A stretch of DNA of 62,775 bases, the filler included. It is 6 parts of 6 records of this genome, joined end to end, with 100 filler letters (N's around TTAATTAATTAA, not from the genome) between each part and the next. Parts side by side here need not be neighbours in the genome. Positions count along the whole stretch, not along the records: positions 1 to 16,643 come from SRR31156797_14744; positions 16,744 to 23,808 come from SRR31156797_14750; 4 more parts are not named here. One strand, given 5' to 3'. This document shows, one piece after another, positions 9,555 to 20,200 of the stretch (the stretch's first letter is position 1; the number at the start of each line of letters is the position of its first letter). A model generated the notes under the pieces. It was not told the DNA's origin. It made no database searches and saw nothing but the letters and a program-made list of their open reading frames with translations. The position numbers and the translations under genes are program-made.

Positions 9555-10704
9555 CCGGATTGCCAAATTAGCCCTGCTCGGCGTGACACTGTCGCTGTTG
9601 GGTGGCTGCGCCTACATGCAATTCGGCGCCGAGCCCGAGGCACCCGCCATTACCGGCCCGGCCGGCCTGACCCTGCAGGCAGCCAATTTTTCCAAACTTC
9701 CGGGCTGGCAGCACGACAAACAGGCGGCGGCCCTGCCGGCGATCCTGAAATCCTGCGGAAAGATCAAGGCGAAAGCACCGAACCAGCCGATTGGTGCCGG
9801 TGGCGTCGGCGGTCTTGCCGCCGACTGGACACGGCCCTGTCAGGCCGCCTTGCGCATTCCCGTCGGCAACGATGCCGCCACCCGATACTTTTTGGAAACC
9901 TGGTTTCGGCCGCACTTGGCGTCGGGGCCGGAAGGACCGGAAGGGTTGTTCACCGGCTACTACGAAGCCGAACTGCAGGGGTCTCGTGTACGTTCGAAAC
10001 GCTACAACGTTCCCATTCACAAGGCACCGCCGAACCTGAAGACGGTCAAGTCCCGATCGGGCGGACAATACTATACGCGATCACAGATCACCGGCGGCGT
10101 TCTCGACAATCTGGGTGCCGAACTCATGTGGGTCGACGATGCGCTCGACGCTTTCATGCTGCATGTGCAGGGCTCGGGCCGGGCGGTCATGGAAGACGGC
10201 CGCGTCATCCGCCTGGGTTATGCCGCCGACAACGGCCATAAATATATTTCCATCGGACGGGAACTTGTACGCCGCGGCGTCATGCCGATGAGCGAGCTTT
10301 CGGCCGATTCCCTTCGCGCCTGGATCCACGCCAATCCGCTTCAGGGCGCCAACCTGATGGCGCAGAACCCGCGTTATATCTTTTTCCGGGAACTGGCCGG
10401 GTACGAAGGCCCGATCGGTGCCCAGGCCGTCGCATTGACCGCCGGACGCAGTCTTGCCGTCGACAAGTCTTTCGTGCCGTTGGGCGTGCCCATGTGGGTC
10501 GATACCATCGATCCCCTGAACCCCAACCTGGCCTTGCGCCGTCTCATGGTCGCCCAGGATACGGGCAGCGCCATCAAGGGGCCGGTACGCGGCGATATCT
10601 TCTTCGGGTTCGGTGCCGGCCCGGCGCGCCAGGCTGGCAACATGAAGGCGAAGGGGCGCTATTTCCTGCTGCTTCCCAAAACCGTGCGGGCGCCGACGTC
10701 CTAG
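9547..10704 (+). CDS. mltA: Membrane-bound lytic murein transglycosylase A (lipoprotein)
   Basis: Lipobox LLGGC, FTGYYE, LHVQGSG, NPRYIFF, SLAVD, AQDTGSAIKGPVRGDIFFG. Confidence 0.95.
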   Translation: MIDRIAKLALLGVTLSLLGGCAYMQFGAEPEAPAITGPAGLTLQAANFSKLPGWQHDKQAAALPAILKSCGKIKAKAPNQPIGAGGVGGLAADWTRPCQAALRIPVGNDAATRYFLETWFRPHLASGPEGPEGLFTGYYEAELQGSRVRSKRYNVPIHKAPPNLKTVKSRSGGQYYTRSQITGGVLDNLGAELMWVDDALDAFMLHVQGSGRAVMEDGRVIRLGYAADNGHKYISIGRELVRRGVMPMSELSADSLRAWIHANPLQGANLMAQNPRYIFFRELAGYEGPIGAQAVALTAGRSLAVDKSFVPLGVPMWVDTIDPLNPNLALRRLMVAQDTGSAIKGPVRGDIFFGFGAGPARQAGNMKAKGRYFLLLPKTVRAPTS

Positions 10705-10797
10705 CCCTTAAACGCCGGCCCGGACCGTCTGCACCGGATCAGTATCGAAAACCCTCTAGTTCTTGCCAAAAGCGGGGTGAGGCCGCATTGTCTGGCC

Positions 10798-11571
10798 ATG
10801 CCGGAAACAGGGCCCCATGTCGGACTTTTCGTTACCTGCCTGGTCGATCTGATGCGGCCGACGGTGGGCTTTGCCGCCGTTCGACTTCTGGAAGCGGCCG
10901 GTTGCCGGGTGACGGTTCCGGCCGAACAGACCTGTTGCGGCCAGCCGGCATACAATTCCGGCGACCGGGAAGACGCGATTCTGATCGCCAAACAGGTGAT
11001 CGCGGTGTTCGAGGGCTTCGACTACGTCGTTCTGCCGTCCGGGTCCTGCTCCGGCATGATCCGCGTCCACTATCCGGAACTGTTCGCCGAGGATGCAGAA
11101 TGGAAAAAAAGGGCCGATCGCCTGGCGGCTCGGACCTTTGAGTTGACGCAGTTTCTGGCCGACGTCATGAGATTCGACAAGGTCGCCGGTGTGGCCCTGG
11201 ATGCGTCGGTCACCTATCACGATGCCTGTTCGGGTCTGCGCGAGCTCGGCATCAAGGAGCAGCCGCGGCGGCTTCTGGCCGGCGTACCCGAGCTGACCCT
11301 GGCCGAGGCCGAGCAGGCCGAGACCTGCTGCGGCTTTGGCGGCACATTTTGCGTCAAATACCCGGATATCTCGGGCCGCATGGTCGATGCCAAGGCCGAT
11401 GACCTGATCGCCACCGGCGCCAACATGGTGCTGGCCGGCGATCTGGGGTGTCTGCTCAACATCGCCGGTCGCCTGAAGCGCAAAGGATCAGAAATGCAGG
11501 CGCGGCACGTCGCCGAGGTTCTGGCCGGCATGACCGACGCTCCGGCCATCGGCGAACCGGCGAAGGACTGA
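10798..11571 (+). CDS. lutA: LutA/LldE Fe-S (CCG domain) lactate utilization protein
   Basis: LFVTCLVD, QTCCGQPAYNSG, PSGSC, YHDACSGLR, TCCGFGGTF, DLGCLLNI. Confidence 0.92.
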   Translation: MPETGPHVGLFVTCLVDLMRPTVGFAAVRLLEAAGCRVTVPAEQTCCGQPAYNSGDREDAILIAKQVIAVFEGFDYVVLPSGSCSGMIRVHYPELFAEDAEWKKRADRLAARTFELTQFLADVMRFDKVAGVALDASVTYHDACSGLRELGIKEQPRRLLAGVPELTLAEAEQAETCCGFGGTFCVKYPDISGRMVDAKADDLIATGANMVLAGDLGCLLNIAGRLKRKGSEMQARHVAEVLAGMTDAPAIGEPAKD

Positions 11572-11590
11572 GGCAGGGGGAAACCGACGC

Positions 11591-13015
11591 GTGAAGGCCA
11601 GTTCCCGAAATTTCGTCGAAAATGCCCGTCACGCGCTGGATGATGCGCGCCTGCAGGACGCGCTCGGCAATTTCACCTACAGTTTTCCGATCAAGCGCCG
11701 GCAGGTGGTCGACCGCCTGCCCGAATTCGACGATTTACGGGACCTGGGCGTCGGCATCAAGAACCACGCGCTCGACAATCTGGGGTTCTACCTCGAGCGC
11801 TTCGAGGGCAAGGTCGAGGAAACCGGCGGCACCGTGCACTGGTGCCGGGATGCGGCCGAGGCGCGCGACACCATCCTGGCCATCTGCCAGGCGGTGGGGG
11901 CGCGAACGGTCGCCAAAAGCAAATCCATGATCGGCGAGGAAATCGCCATCAACGAACATTTGGAAGCGAGCGGCATCGCGGCGGTCGAAACCGACCTGGG
12001 CGAATACATCATCCAGATCAGAAACGAATCGCCGAGCCACATCCTGGTCCCGGCCATTCACCTGTCGGGCGAAGACATCGCCGATACCTTCCGGCAAAAA
12101 CATCCCGACCTGCCGGCCGATCGCGAACTGGATGAACCGGAATCGATCCTGCACGAAGCCCGAACAGTCCTGCGCGAAAAATTCCACGCCGCCGATGTCG
12201 GGCTGACCGGCGCCAACATGCTGATCGCCGAGACCGGCTCGGCCGTGGTCGTCACCAACGAGGGCAACGCCGATCTGATCATGGGCCTGCCGAAAACCCA
12301 CATATTGCTGGCCAGCATCGACAAGGTGGTGCCGACGCTTGAGGACGCGGCGACGATTTTGCGCCTGTTGTCGCGTTCGGCGACGGGCCAGGACATCACC
12401 GCCTACACCTCGTTCGTGACCGGGCCGTCGCGTCCCGAAGAACCGGACGGCCCCGAACATTTCCACGTCGTGCTTCTGGACAACGGCCGCACCGGCATGC
12501 TGGCCGACGGTTTCAAGGAGATGCTGCGGTGCATCCGGTGCGGGGCGTGTTTGAACCATTGCCCGGTCTATGCCAGCGTCGGCGGTCATGCCTACGGCTG
12601 GGTCTATTCCGGGCCCATGGGCAAGGTGCTGACACCAAATTTGCTCGGTGAGGAAAACGCGCCCGATCTGCCGAACGCATCGACATTTTGCGGCAAGTGC
12701 CAGGAAATCTGCCCGATGCGGATCCCGCTTCCCAGCCTGATGCGGCGTTGGCGGGAACGGCAGTTCGCCGATCACAGCCCGGTTGTGAAAGGCCGGTTCG
12801 GCCTCAAGGCTTGGGCCTGGCTGGTCCGCCGCCCGGCGCTTTACGGCCGGATCATGTCGGTGGCCATGGGCCTGTTGGCGACGGTGGGCCGGCGTCGTGG
12901 CCGTTTTGGGCGCCTTCCCTTTGCCGGCGGCTGGACCGGACCGCGCGACCTGCCGGCGCCGGAGGGCAGGACCTTCCAATCCCTGTGGGCGGCGCGCGAA
13001 AGGAAAAAACCATGA
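11591..13015 (+). CDS. lutB: LutB/LldF 4Fe-4S lactate utilization protein
   Basis: KSKSM, ETDLGEYIIQ, SHILVPAIH, VTNEGNA, LSRSATGQ, LLDNGR, CIRCGACLNHCPVY, FCGKCQEICP. Confidence 0.94.
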   Translation: MKASSRNFVENARHALDDARLQDALGNFTYSFPIKRRQVVDRLPEFDDLRDLGVGIKNHALDNLGFYLERFEGKVEETGGTVHWCRDAAEARDTILAICQAVGARTVAKSKSMIGEEIAINEHLEASGIAAVETDLGEYIIQIRNESPSHILVPAIHLSGEDIADTFRQKHPDLPADRELDEPESILHEARTVLREKFHAADVGLTGANMLIAETGSAVVVTNEGNADLIMGLPKTHILLASIDKVVPTLEDAATILRLLSRSATGQDITAYTSFVTGPSRPEEPDGPEHFHVVLLDNGRTGMLADGFKEMLRCIRCGACLNHCPVYASVGGHAYGWVYSGPMGKVLTPNLLGEENAPDLPNASTFCGKCQEICPMRIPLPSLMRRWRERQFADHSPVVKGRFGLKAWAWLVRRPALYGRIMSVAMGLLATVGRRRGRFGRLPFAGGWTGPRDLPAPEGRTFQSLWAARERKKP

Positions 13016-13689
13016 GCGCGCGGAGCGATATCCTCGCCGCCGTTCGTGCCGCCGCACCCGATGGCAATCGGGCCGAGGTCGAGCGGGCTTTTGCACAAAG
13101 ATGCGCCGCGCCTGCGGCCAATCTGATCCCGGCGCGGGGTCGCGGCAGTGCCGAAGACTTGGTCGCGCGCTTCGTGGCCGAGGCCGAAACGGCCAGCGCC
13201 ACGGTGCGGAGTATCGGCAACGAGAACGAGGCACCGGCTGCCATCGCCGCCTATCTGGCCGAACGGGACTTGGAAACCCGCCTGCGGGTGGCACCGGCCC
13301 TGCGCGGCCTGCCGTGGGACGATGAATCCGTCCTCGAAGTCGGCTTCGGGCGGGCCGGGGGCGACGATCACGTCGGGGTCAGCCACGCCTTCGCCGGCAT
13401 CGCCGAGACCGGAACCCTGATGACGGTCTCGGCACCCGAAACGCCGATGACGCTGAATTTCCTGCCCGACACCCATATCGTTTTGCTTTCGAAACAAAGA
13501 ATTGTCGGGTCTTATGAAGATTCTTGGGTTTTGCTGCGCCGGGAAAAGGGCGCCGATTCCTTCATGCCGCGCGCAATGAACTGGATTACCGGGCCGTCGC
13601 GTTCGGCCGATATCGAACTTGTGCTTCTTTTGGGCGTGCACGGACCGCGCCGTCTGCATATTGTGCTGATCGATGGGGAAAAAACCTGA
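13012..13689 (+). CDS. lutC: LutC/LldG (LUD domain) protein
   Basis: ATGA overlap with lutB; MSARSDIL, GIAETGTL, LPDTHI, ITGPSRSADIE, GVHGP. Confidence 0.92.
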   Translation: MSARSDILAAVRAAAPDGNRAEVERAFAQRCAAPAANLIPARGRGSAEDLVARFVAEAETASATVRSIGNENEAPAAIAAYLAERDLETRLRVAPALRGLPWDDESVLEVGFGRAGGDDHVGVSHAFAGIAETGTLMTVSAPETPMTLNFLPDTHIVLLSKQRIVGSYEDSWVLLRREKGADSFMPRAMNWITGPSRSADIELVLLLGVHGPRRLHIVLIDGEKT

Positions 13690-14287
13690 CAAGTCAAAAC
13701 CGCGCGGCGGTGCGACCGGCGGCGCCAACGGTGGCGGCAGCCGCAAGCTCAGCCGCGACGAGGCCGACCTTTGGCGCCATGTCGTCAACGGCGTGCGTCC
13801 GCTATCGGGGCGCGAGAGCAAGGAGATCGTACCCGGTATCGACGATGACACCGGCCCGGTGCGGCGGATTAAACCGGCCCGCCGAAACGTTGCCGTGGCT
13901 CCGCGATCGATCGCGCCATCGCCTTCGAAGCTGCCGGAAATCGGCCATGGCGAGATGGCCGGCATCGACAAACGCACCGCTCAGCGCATGCGGCGCGGGC
14001 AACTGCCGATCGAGGGGCGCATCGATCTGCACGGCCTGACCCAGGAAGAGGCGCACCGGGCCCTGTCGGCCTTTCTTGCCGGTTCGCAGAACGCCGGCCG
14101 CCGCTGTGTTCTGGTGGTGACCGGCAAGGGTCTTCGGCCCGATGGGCAGACCGGGGTTTTGCGGCAGAACGTGCCGCACTGGCTGAATGCGCCGTCGAAC
14201 CGGGGCCGGGTTCTGGCTTTTTCCTATGCCCAGGTCAGGGACGGCGGCGAAGGCGCGCTATACGTGCTGCTCAGGCGCAGGAAATAG
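13673..14287 (+). CDS. Smr/MutS2-domain endonuclease
   Basis: IDLHGLTQEEAH, VLVVTGKG, GVLRQNVPHWL, GGEGALYVLLR. Confidence 0.92.
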   Translation: MGKKPDKSKPRGGATGGANGGGSRKLSRDEADLWRHVVNGVRPLSGRESKEIVPGIDDDTGPVRRIKPARRNVAVAPRSIAPSPSKLPEIGHGEMAGIDKRTAQRMRRGQLPIEGRIDLHGLTQEEAHRALSAFLAGSQNAGRRCVLVVTGKGLRPDGQTGVLRQNVPHWLNAPSNRGRVLAFSYAQVRDGGEGALYVLLRRRK

Positions 14288-14301
14288 GGAGGAATCGCGC
14301 C

Positions 14302-14682
14302 ATGACACCGTTCGGCGAAAAAATTCGGGAGCTCAGGGAAAGCCGCGGCATGGCGCAAAAGCAGATGGCGGCGTCTTTGGGCGTATCGTCGGCCTATCTG
14401 TCGGCTCTGGAACACGGCCATCGGGGCCGCCCGGCGGTCGGGCTGGTCATGCAGATCTGCGCGTTGTTCGGCCTGATCTGGGACGAGGCCGAGGAATTGA
14501 AGCGCCTGGCGGCATTGTCCCATCCGCGCATCGTCGTCGATACGGCCGGGCTCAGCGCGAAGGCGACGGAACTGGCCAATCTTCTGGCCGAGAACATTTC
14601 GGAACTGGACGAGGAAACGCTCGATTGGATCCTGGCCGAGGTCCGGACCCGGCGCCTGCCGCCGAAGGGTCCGGCTTATTGA
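14302..14682 (+). CDS. XRE-family HTH transcriptional regulator
   Basis: MTPFGEKIRELR...GVSSAYLSALEHGHRG...SHPRIVVDTAGL; usual partner of smr in Alphaproteobacteria. Confidence 0.9.
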   Translation: MTPFGEKIRELRESRGMAQKQMAASLGVSSAYLSALEHGHRGRPAVGLVMQICALFGLIWDEAEELKRLAALSHPRIVVDTAGLSAKATELANLLAENISELDEETLDWILAEVRTRRLPPKGPAY

Positions 14683-15395
14683 CCACCTCCGGCGGGATCA
14701 ACCTTCGGCCTTAGAATCGCAACCATGTTGGCGCCCCACAGAGGCGGCGGTTCGGTCAGCAGCCGGTTCAGCAGCCCTTCCAGCGTTCTTTCGGCCAACC
14801 GCCTGAGCGGGCTGCCGCGCCGCACGGACAGGCGGGCGACGGTCTCATAGCCGGCGGCCAGGGCCGCGTGCGACAGGCTGCCGGGGCCGTACATGGCCTT
14901 GTGGGTCAGATCGTTGAACTGATACTGCAGACCCCAGGGCGAAGCGGCGTTGGGTACGCGCATGACCACCCGGCCGCCCGGCTTCAGGATTTGGCGCAAT
15001 TGGCCCAACAGGCGCACGCCCTCGGCGTTCGAAAAATGCTCGAAGACGTCGAAAAGAACGATGCGGTCGAACTTACGCTCCAAGTCCGCAATCTTCTGCC
15101 AGATATCGCCGATGGTTACCCGTTCCGCGATGTCTTCGGGCATGAAGTCGCGCACCTTGGCGTCGGCGTCGACGCCCATAAAATCCTGAATTCCCTTGGC
15201 CTTCAGATAGGCCAGGAAGAGGCCGGTGCCGCAACCCAGTTCGAGCACGCTCATGTCCGCGCTCACCTCGGCCGGTGTCCAGAACTGGTCGTCGAAATTG
15301 CGGATATGTTTGGGCCGGATCTCGGCTCGGACATAGGTCCGGTGAGAATCGTAAACTTGATAGAAATCTTCGGGTTTTTCGAATTCCACGCCCAA
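14676..15395 (-). CDS. Class I SAM-dependent methyltransferase
   Basis: VLELGCGTG, DVFEHF, LKPGG, VPNA, DLTH. Confidence 0.88.
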   Translation of the reverse strand: MGVEFEKPEDFYQVYDSHRTYVRAEIRPKHIRNFDDQFWTPAEVSADMSVLELGCGTGLFLAYLKAKGIQDFMGVDADAKVRDFMPEDIAERVTIGDIWQKIADLERKFDRIVLFDVFEHFSNAEGVRLLGQLRQILKPGGRVVMRVPNAASPWGLQYQFNDLTHKAMYGPGSLSHAALAAGYETVARLSVRRGSPLRRLAERTLEGLLNRLLTEPPPLWGANMVAILRPKVDPAGGGQ

Positions 15396-15479
15396 CCCCC
15401 GGTCGAAGATATTGATCGCACGCGTTCGCGCCGGCCCAACCTATAGCCGGACCGGCGCACTTTCGCAAATCGCCACGGG

Positions 15480-16643
15480 CTAGAGGATGAACCGGCTCAG
15501 GTCCGAATCCTTGGCCAGGGCGGCGACCTTGTCGCGCACGTACTCCGCGTCAATGTGGATGGTCTCGCCGGAGCGCTCGGACGCCTCGAAGCTGATTTCC
15601 TCGACCAGTTTCTCGAGCACCGTTTGCAGGCGCCGCGCCCCGATGTTCTCGACCCCGGTATTGATCTCGGCGGCCAGGTCGGCGATCTGATCGATGGCGT
15701 CTTCGGAAAATTTCAGCGACACGTCCTCGACCCCCATCAACGCGACATACTGTTTGATCAGCGATGCCTCGGGTTCGGTCAGGATGCGGACGAAATCGTC
15801 CCGGGTCAGGGCCTTCAGCTCAACCCGGATCGGCAGCCGGCCCTGCAGTTCGGGCAGCATGTCGGCCGGTTTCGACATGTGAAACGCGCCCGACGCGATG
15901 AACAGGATATGGTCGGTCTTGACGGCGCCGTGCTTGGTGGCGACGGTCGTGCCTTCGATCAGCGGCAGCAGGTCGCGCTGCACGCCTTCGCGTGAAACAT
16001 CGGCGCCATAGCGTTCGGATCGGGCCGTGATCTTGTCGATCTCGTCCAGGAAAACGATGCCGTTGTTCTCGACCGTCTCGATCGCCTCCTTCGTTACCTT
16101 GTCCTCGTCCAGGAGCTTGTCGCTTTCCTCGGCCATCAGCACTTCGTAGGACTCGGTCACGGTCATCTTCTTCGGTTTGCTGCGTCCGCCGCCGAAGGCC
16201 TTGCCCAGCATGTCGTTGAGATTGATCATGCCCATCTGCGAGCCGGGCATCCCGGGGATGTCCATGGTCGGCAGGCCGATGCCGCCGGTATCGGCGACCT
16301 GGACCTCGATTTCCTTGTCGCCGAGCTGTCCTTCGCGCAGCATCTTGCGGAACTTTTCGCGCGTGTCCTTGCTGGCGTTTTCACCGACCAGGGCATCGAG
16401 CACGCGTTCCTCGGCCTGCAGTTCGGCCTTCGCGGTGACCTGCTTGCGCATGCGGTCACGGATCATGTGGATGGCGATCTCGACCAGGTCGCGGACGATC
16501 TGTTCGACATCGCGGCCGACATAGCCGACTTCGGTGAACTTGGTCGCCTCGATCTTGACGAACGGCGCCTGCGCCAGCTTCGCCAGGCGGCGCGAAATCT
16601 CGGTCTTGCCGACGCCGGTCGGGCCGATCATCAGGATGTTCTT
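15480..16643 (-). CDS. hslU: ATP-dependent protease ATPase HslU (5' truncated)
   Basis: [71 protein letters not shown]. Confidence 0.97.
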   Translation of the reverse strand, partial: KNILMIGPTGVGKTEISRRLAKLAQAPFVKIEATKFTEVGYVGRDVEQIVRDLVEIAIHMIRDRMRKQVTAKAELQAEERVLDALVGENASKDTREKFRKMLREGQLGDKEIEVQVADTGGIGLPTMDIPGMPGSQMGMINLNDMLGKAFGGGRSKPKKMTVTESYEVLMAEESDKLLDEDKVTKEAIETVENNGIVFLDEIDKITARSERYGADVSREGVQRDLLPLIEGTTVATKHGAVKTDHILFIASGAFHMSKPADMLPELQGRLPIRVELKALTRDDFVRILTEPEASLIKQYVALMGVEDVSLKFSEDAIDQIADLAAEINTGVENIGARRLQTVLEKLVEEISFEASERSGETIHIDAEYVRDKVAALAKDSDLSRFIL

Positions 16644-16743
16644 NNNNNNNNNNNNNNNNNNNNNNNNNNNNNNNNNNNNNNNNNNNNTTAATTAATTAAN
16701 NNNNNNNNNNNNNNNNNNNNNNNNNNNNNNNNNNNNNNNNNNN
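16644..16743. other. Artificial contig linker
   Basis: N44-TTAATTAATTAA-N44 (stop codons in all six frames). Confidence 0.99.
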
Positions 16744-18223
16744 GCAGGGCCGGCTTGCTGTTAAAGGGCAGGGCATAGACATGCTCGATGAGCATGGCCA
16801 CGGGAATGGCCAGGGACATGACCGAAAAACCGAAGGAATTGGCGATGCCGATGGCAATGGGTACGAAAATCATGGTGCGCATGGTTTTAGACTGAAATAC
16901 GATGGCGGAAAACAGCATCCCCCCCGTGAGCAGGACGTAAAACACCCAAAAGGGCGTATCCGGTGTCAGGCCCAATGCGGCGACGCATGCGTTCACGGTC
17001 AGGGAGGGCAGGTCCGTCATTTTGAATCCCGCCCCCAGGGTATAGGCGCCGGCTGAAAACATCAGAAGGTGCCAGGGGATATCCACATCATTCCACCGGA
17101 CCACCCCGATGCCGGGGTACAGGGCCACCACCGCCCCCACAAAGGCCACGGCCGTGGGGCTGATTCCGTGGTATTTGTCCGTGGCCCACATGGCCAGGAT
17201 GGTGACGAAAATGATGACGGACTTGATCTCCAACCACGAAACCGGCCCCATTTTTTTAAGCTCGTCCTTCAGGGTGTCAAGTCCCCCTGCCACCTGGGGA
17301 AGCCGTTCTTCCGGGCTGAGGGGGAAAAAGATTCGGGTTCCCAGGAACCACCCCACAAAGAGCATGGCAAAAGAGACGGGAAAGGCCACCACCAGCCAGT
17401 CCTGGAAAAAGATGTCCGCGCCCACGGCCCCGGCGATGAGGGAGGCGGCCAGCAGATTGGCGCCGGACCCGGTGACGTAGCAGCCGGCGGAGAGGTTGAT
17501 GCACAACAGGTTCTGTAAAACAATGTTCCTGCCGAAATTGTTCCGGTTCTTTCCGCCCGTGGCGCCGTACACCGCCGCCACCACCATGAAGATGGGCATC
17601 AGAATGGCGGCCTTTGCCGTGGTGGCCGATATGAACGCCGACATGATCACATTGATGACGATAAAGCTCATGAAAATGGAGGTGGCGTTCTTGCCATATC
17701 GCAGGATGAACCAGATGGCAAACCGTTTGGCCACACCGGTTTTCACCAGCATGGAGGCCAGGATAAAGGAGAGGATGTTCAGCCACATGATCTTGTGCCC
17801 CAACTGGGCATAGGCCAGTTTTTCCGGCAGAATCCCGGTGAGCACCATGGTGATGATCAGCATCAGGGAGGTCAGGTAATTGGGGATGGCCTCGGTGATC
17901 CAGAGCACCACCGCCGCGACAAAGACCGCCAGCATGGCGATATTGGCCTTTGAAAAGGCCTGGGCGCCGATGGCGTCAAAATGGGCTTTGGCGGTTTTAC
18001 TCAGCCCGGCCGGATCAATGTTTTCCAGAAACGGGATATCCATGAAGCAGAGAATCAAAACGAACAACCCCATGGCCAGGGGAAATCCCATGCGTTCCAG
18101 CCATTTTTCGATGTTTGATTTTTCCCGGGCGGGCAGCCGGTCCATCCGGTAGTTGCCCATGTCAAAAAGATCGTTCTTTTCCGAAACGTCAGGCGTTTCC
18201 AAATATTGCGCTTTTTGCAGCAT
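16744..18223 (-). CDS. SLC13/DASS family sodium:anion (di/tricarboxylate or oxyanion) symporter (3' truncated)
   Basis: VLWITEAIP, FISATTAK, VTGSGANLLA, DIPWHLLMFSAG, LPFNSKP; many TM helices. Confidence 0.88.
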
Positions 18224-18291
18224 AGTCCAATATTGTCCTTTTTCTAATATCGTCCAATGTAAATACCACTCCTTACCCTGAAAACACCGTA

Positions 18292-18346
18292 TTTATAGAA
18301 AAATCCGGGGAATAAGGTCAAATTCGAATCCGCTATGGGTGGCATA
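18292..18346 (-). promoter_or_regulatory. Candidate sigma70 promoter of the DASS gene with an upstream LysR T-N11-A box
   Basis: Minus-strand TTGACC (18316-18321) N18 TATAAA (18292-18297); dyad TATG-N5-CATA at 18334-18346. Confidence 0.45.
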
Positions 18347-18424
18347 ATCAATTTTAATGGTAAGGGCGGCGACGGCTCCCATGGGGTGCCATGTTTTTCG
18401 CCGGGCCGCCGGGCAGGGTGGTTC

Positions 18425-19360
18425 TTATTTGATCAGAAGGTCCGGTTTTGAAGCCAGGCTGTCCCCGCAGTCAAAGGTGGCGGACATCATGGACAGAAAG
18501 GTCTTGGCGGCCACGGATAATTTTCTGGCCTTATGGTAAAGGAGGTAAAAGGTTGCGGTTTCGCTGAATCCTTTCAGATTGATCCGGGCAAGCAGGCCGG
18601 ATGAAAGCTCCCTTTCAACGGCGGATTCGGGAATGACGGTGATGCCGAACCCCTTTTCGACGATCCGCTTTGCCGTTTCAACGTTTTGAAGTTCGATGAA
18701 TTTCAGGTGGGATTTGTCCCCCTCGTACCGGGAGATCCACTCGCCCACAAGCTGACGGGTCTGGGTGCCGTGTTCCCTTGTGACAAAGGGGATGCGTTCA
18801 AGGTCGGAAATGGAGACGTGCTCTTTTCCGGCCAGGGGGCTGTCGCCCGCAGCCACGGCGATCATCTCTTCCTGGTGAATGACCACCGTATCTACCTCGG
18901 GATAGCGGCTGGCCGGGCCTGCCGCAAATCCGAAATCCACATGGCCCTCCAGGACCATCAGGGTGACCTGGTGGGTGTTTCCCCCGCGAAGATCCAGCTG
19001 AATGTCCGGATAGGCATGGTTGTATTTCCCGATAATGCCGGGAAGCATATAGGTGCCGAACACCGCGGACGATGCGATATCCAGCCTGCCCCGGCTCATG
19101 TTGTTCATGCCCTTGAAAATGGTTTCCACGTCCTTGAACTTCATGAGCAGCTCTTCCGTATGTTCAAAAAGGATCTCTCCCTGGCGGGTGAGCATGATCT
19201 TTTTGCCGGTCCTGTCGAAGAGCACGGTATCGTAGAAATGTTCCAGGGCCTGGATATGCTGGCTGACGGCCGGCTGGGTTAAAAAGAGAGCCCTGGCCGC
19301 CTTGGTGAAGTTGCCGACCTTGGCCACCATAAAAAATGATTTCAGGTGATCGATGTTCAT
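18425..19360 (-). CDS. LysR-family transcriptional regulator
   Basis: GNFTKAARALFLTQPAVSQHIQALE, LFDRTGK, REHGTQTR. Confidence 0.95.
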   Translation of the reverse strand: MNIDHLKSFFMVAKVGNFTKAARALFLTQPAVSQHIQALEHFYDTVLFDRTGKKIMLTRQGEILFEHTEELLMKFKDVETIFKGMNNMSRGRLDIASSAVFGTYMLPGIIGKYNHAYPDIQLDLRGGNTHQVTLMVLEGHVDFGFAAGPASRYPEVDTVVIHQEEMIAVAAGDSPLAGKEHVSISDLERIPFVTREHGTQTRQLVGEWISRYEGDKSHLKFIELQNVETAKRIVEKGFGITVIPESAVERELSSGLLARINLKGFSETATFYLLYHKARKLSVAAKTFLSMMSATFDCGDSLASKPDLLIK

Positions 19361-19513
19361 AATGAATCCTTATGGGCTCCATTCTGTTTGATGATTTAAC
19401 ATTATTTTCGGGCCGTGTTAGTTTCCAGCCGTTCGATGGGAAGCTAACATAATTTCCTTACGGTAGTCAATTGAAAGGCCGGAAAAGATCAAAATCAAAA
19501 GGGGGCCATTACC

Positions 19514-20164
19514 ATGAATTTCAATATTATAAGCCGCAAAACCGGTATTGAAAAACAGATCAATGATTTTTTGGACCAGGTCAGCCGGTCCGGACTAGTA
19601 TTTCAGAACGGTTCCCGGTTTTACCTCAACGGGGAATATGAGAATTTTGACAAGGTGCTGGCCGATATTTCCGGCATCGAGCACAAGGGCGATGAACTGA
19701 AACGGTCCATCATCGAGCATCTCCACACCAAGACCCTGATTCCCGAATCCAGGGGGGATGTCCTGGAGCTGCTGGAAAATATGGATGCCCTGCTGGACCG
19801 GTTCAAGGGGGCGTTGTGGCGGTTTGAAATCGAACGCCCCGGGATTCATCCCGAGTTCATTGACGATTTCAGGGAACTGGTGGACGGCGTGGTGGCGGCG
19901 GTTGAATCCATTGTCAAATCCGCCCGGGCCTTTTTTACGGATATCGCTGCGGTCAGGGACCATCTTCACAAGGTGTCGTTCTGGGAAACCCAGTGCGATA
20001 AAATTTCCACCCGGCTGAGAACCGCTATTTTCCACAGGGACGATATCCGCTTGAGCCATCGCATGCTGTTAAGTGATTTGGTCCGGCATATTGAAAAGAT
20101 CTCGGACCGGGCCGAGGATGTGGCGGACCGCCTGAATGTGTATGTCATTAAACGGACCCTTTGA
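19514..20164 (+). CDS. DUF47/PhoU-like phosphate transport regulator
   Basis: Duplicated ExxxD motifs: EHKGDELKR, LIPESRGD, ETQCDK, ISDRAEDVADR; directly upstream of PiT. Confidence 0.9.
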   Translation: MNFNIISRKTGIEKQINDFLDQVSRSGLVFQNGSRFYLNGEYENFDKVLADISGIEHKGDELKRSIIEHLHTKTLIPESRGDVLELLENMDALLDRFKGALWRFEIERPGIHPEFIDDFRELVDGVVAAVESIVKSARAFFTDIAAVRDHLHKVSFWETQCDKISTRLRTAIFHRDDIRLSHRMLLSDLVRHIEKISDRAEDVADRLNVYVIKRTL

Positions 20165-20200
20165 AACTAGTAATAAGGCAGTAAAGAAAAGGATGGTGGC

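Noticed and set aside
11735..13977. Long antisense ORFs over lutB/lutC/smr, and the N-terminal extension of lutC from 12688
   Set aside because: Shadow frames; lutC starts at the ATGA overlap at 13012.
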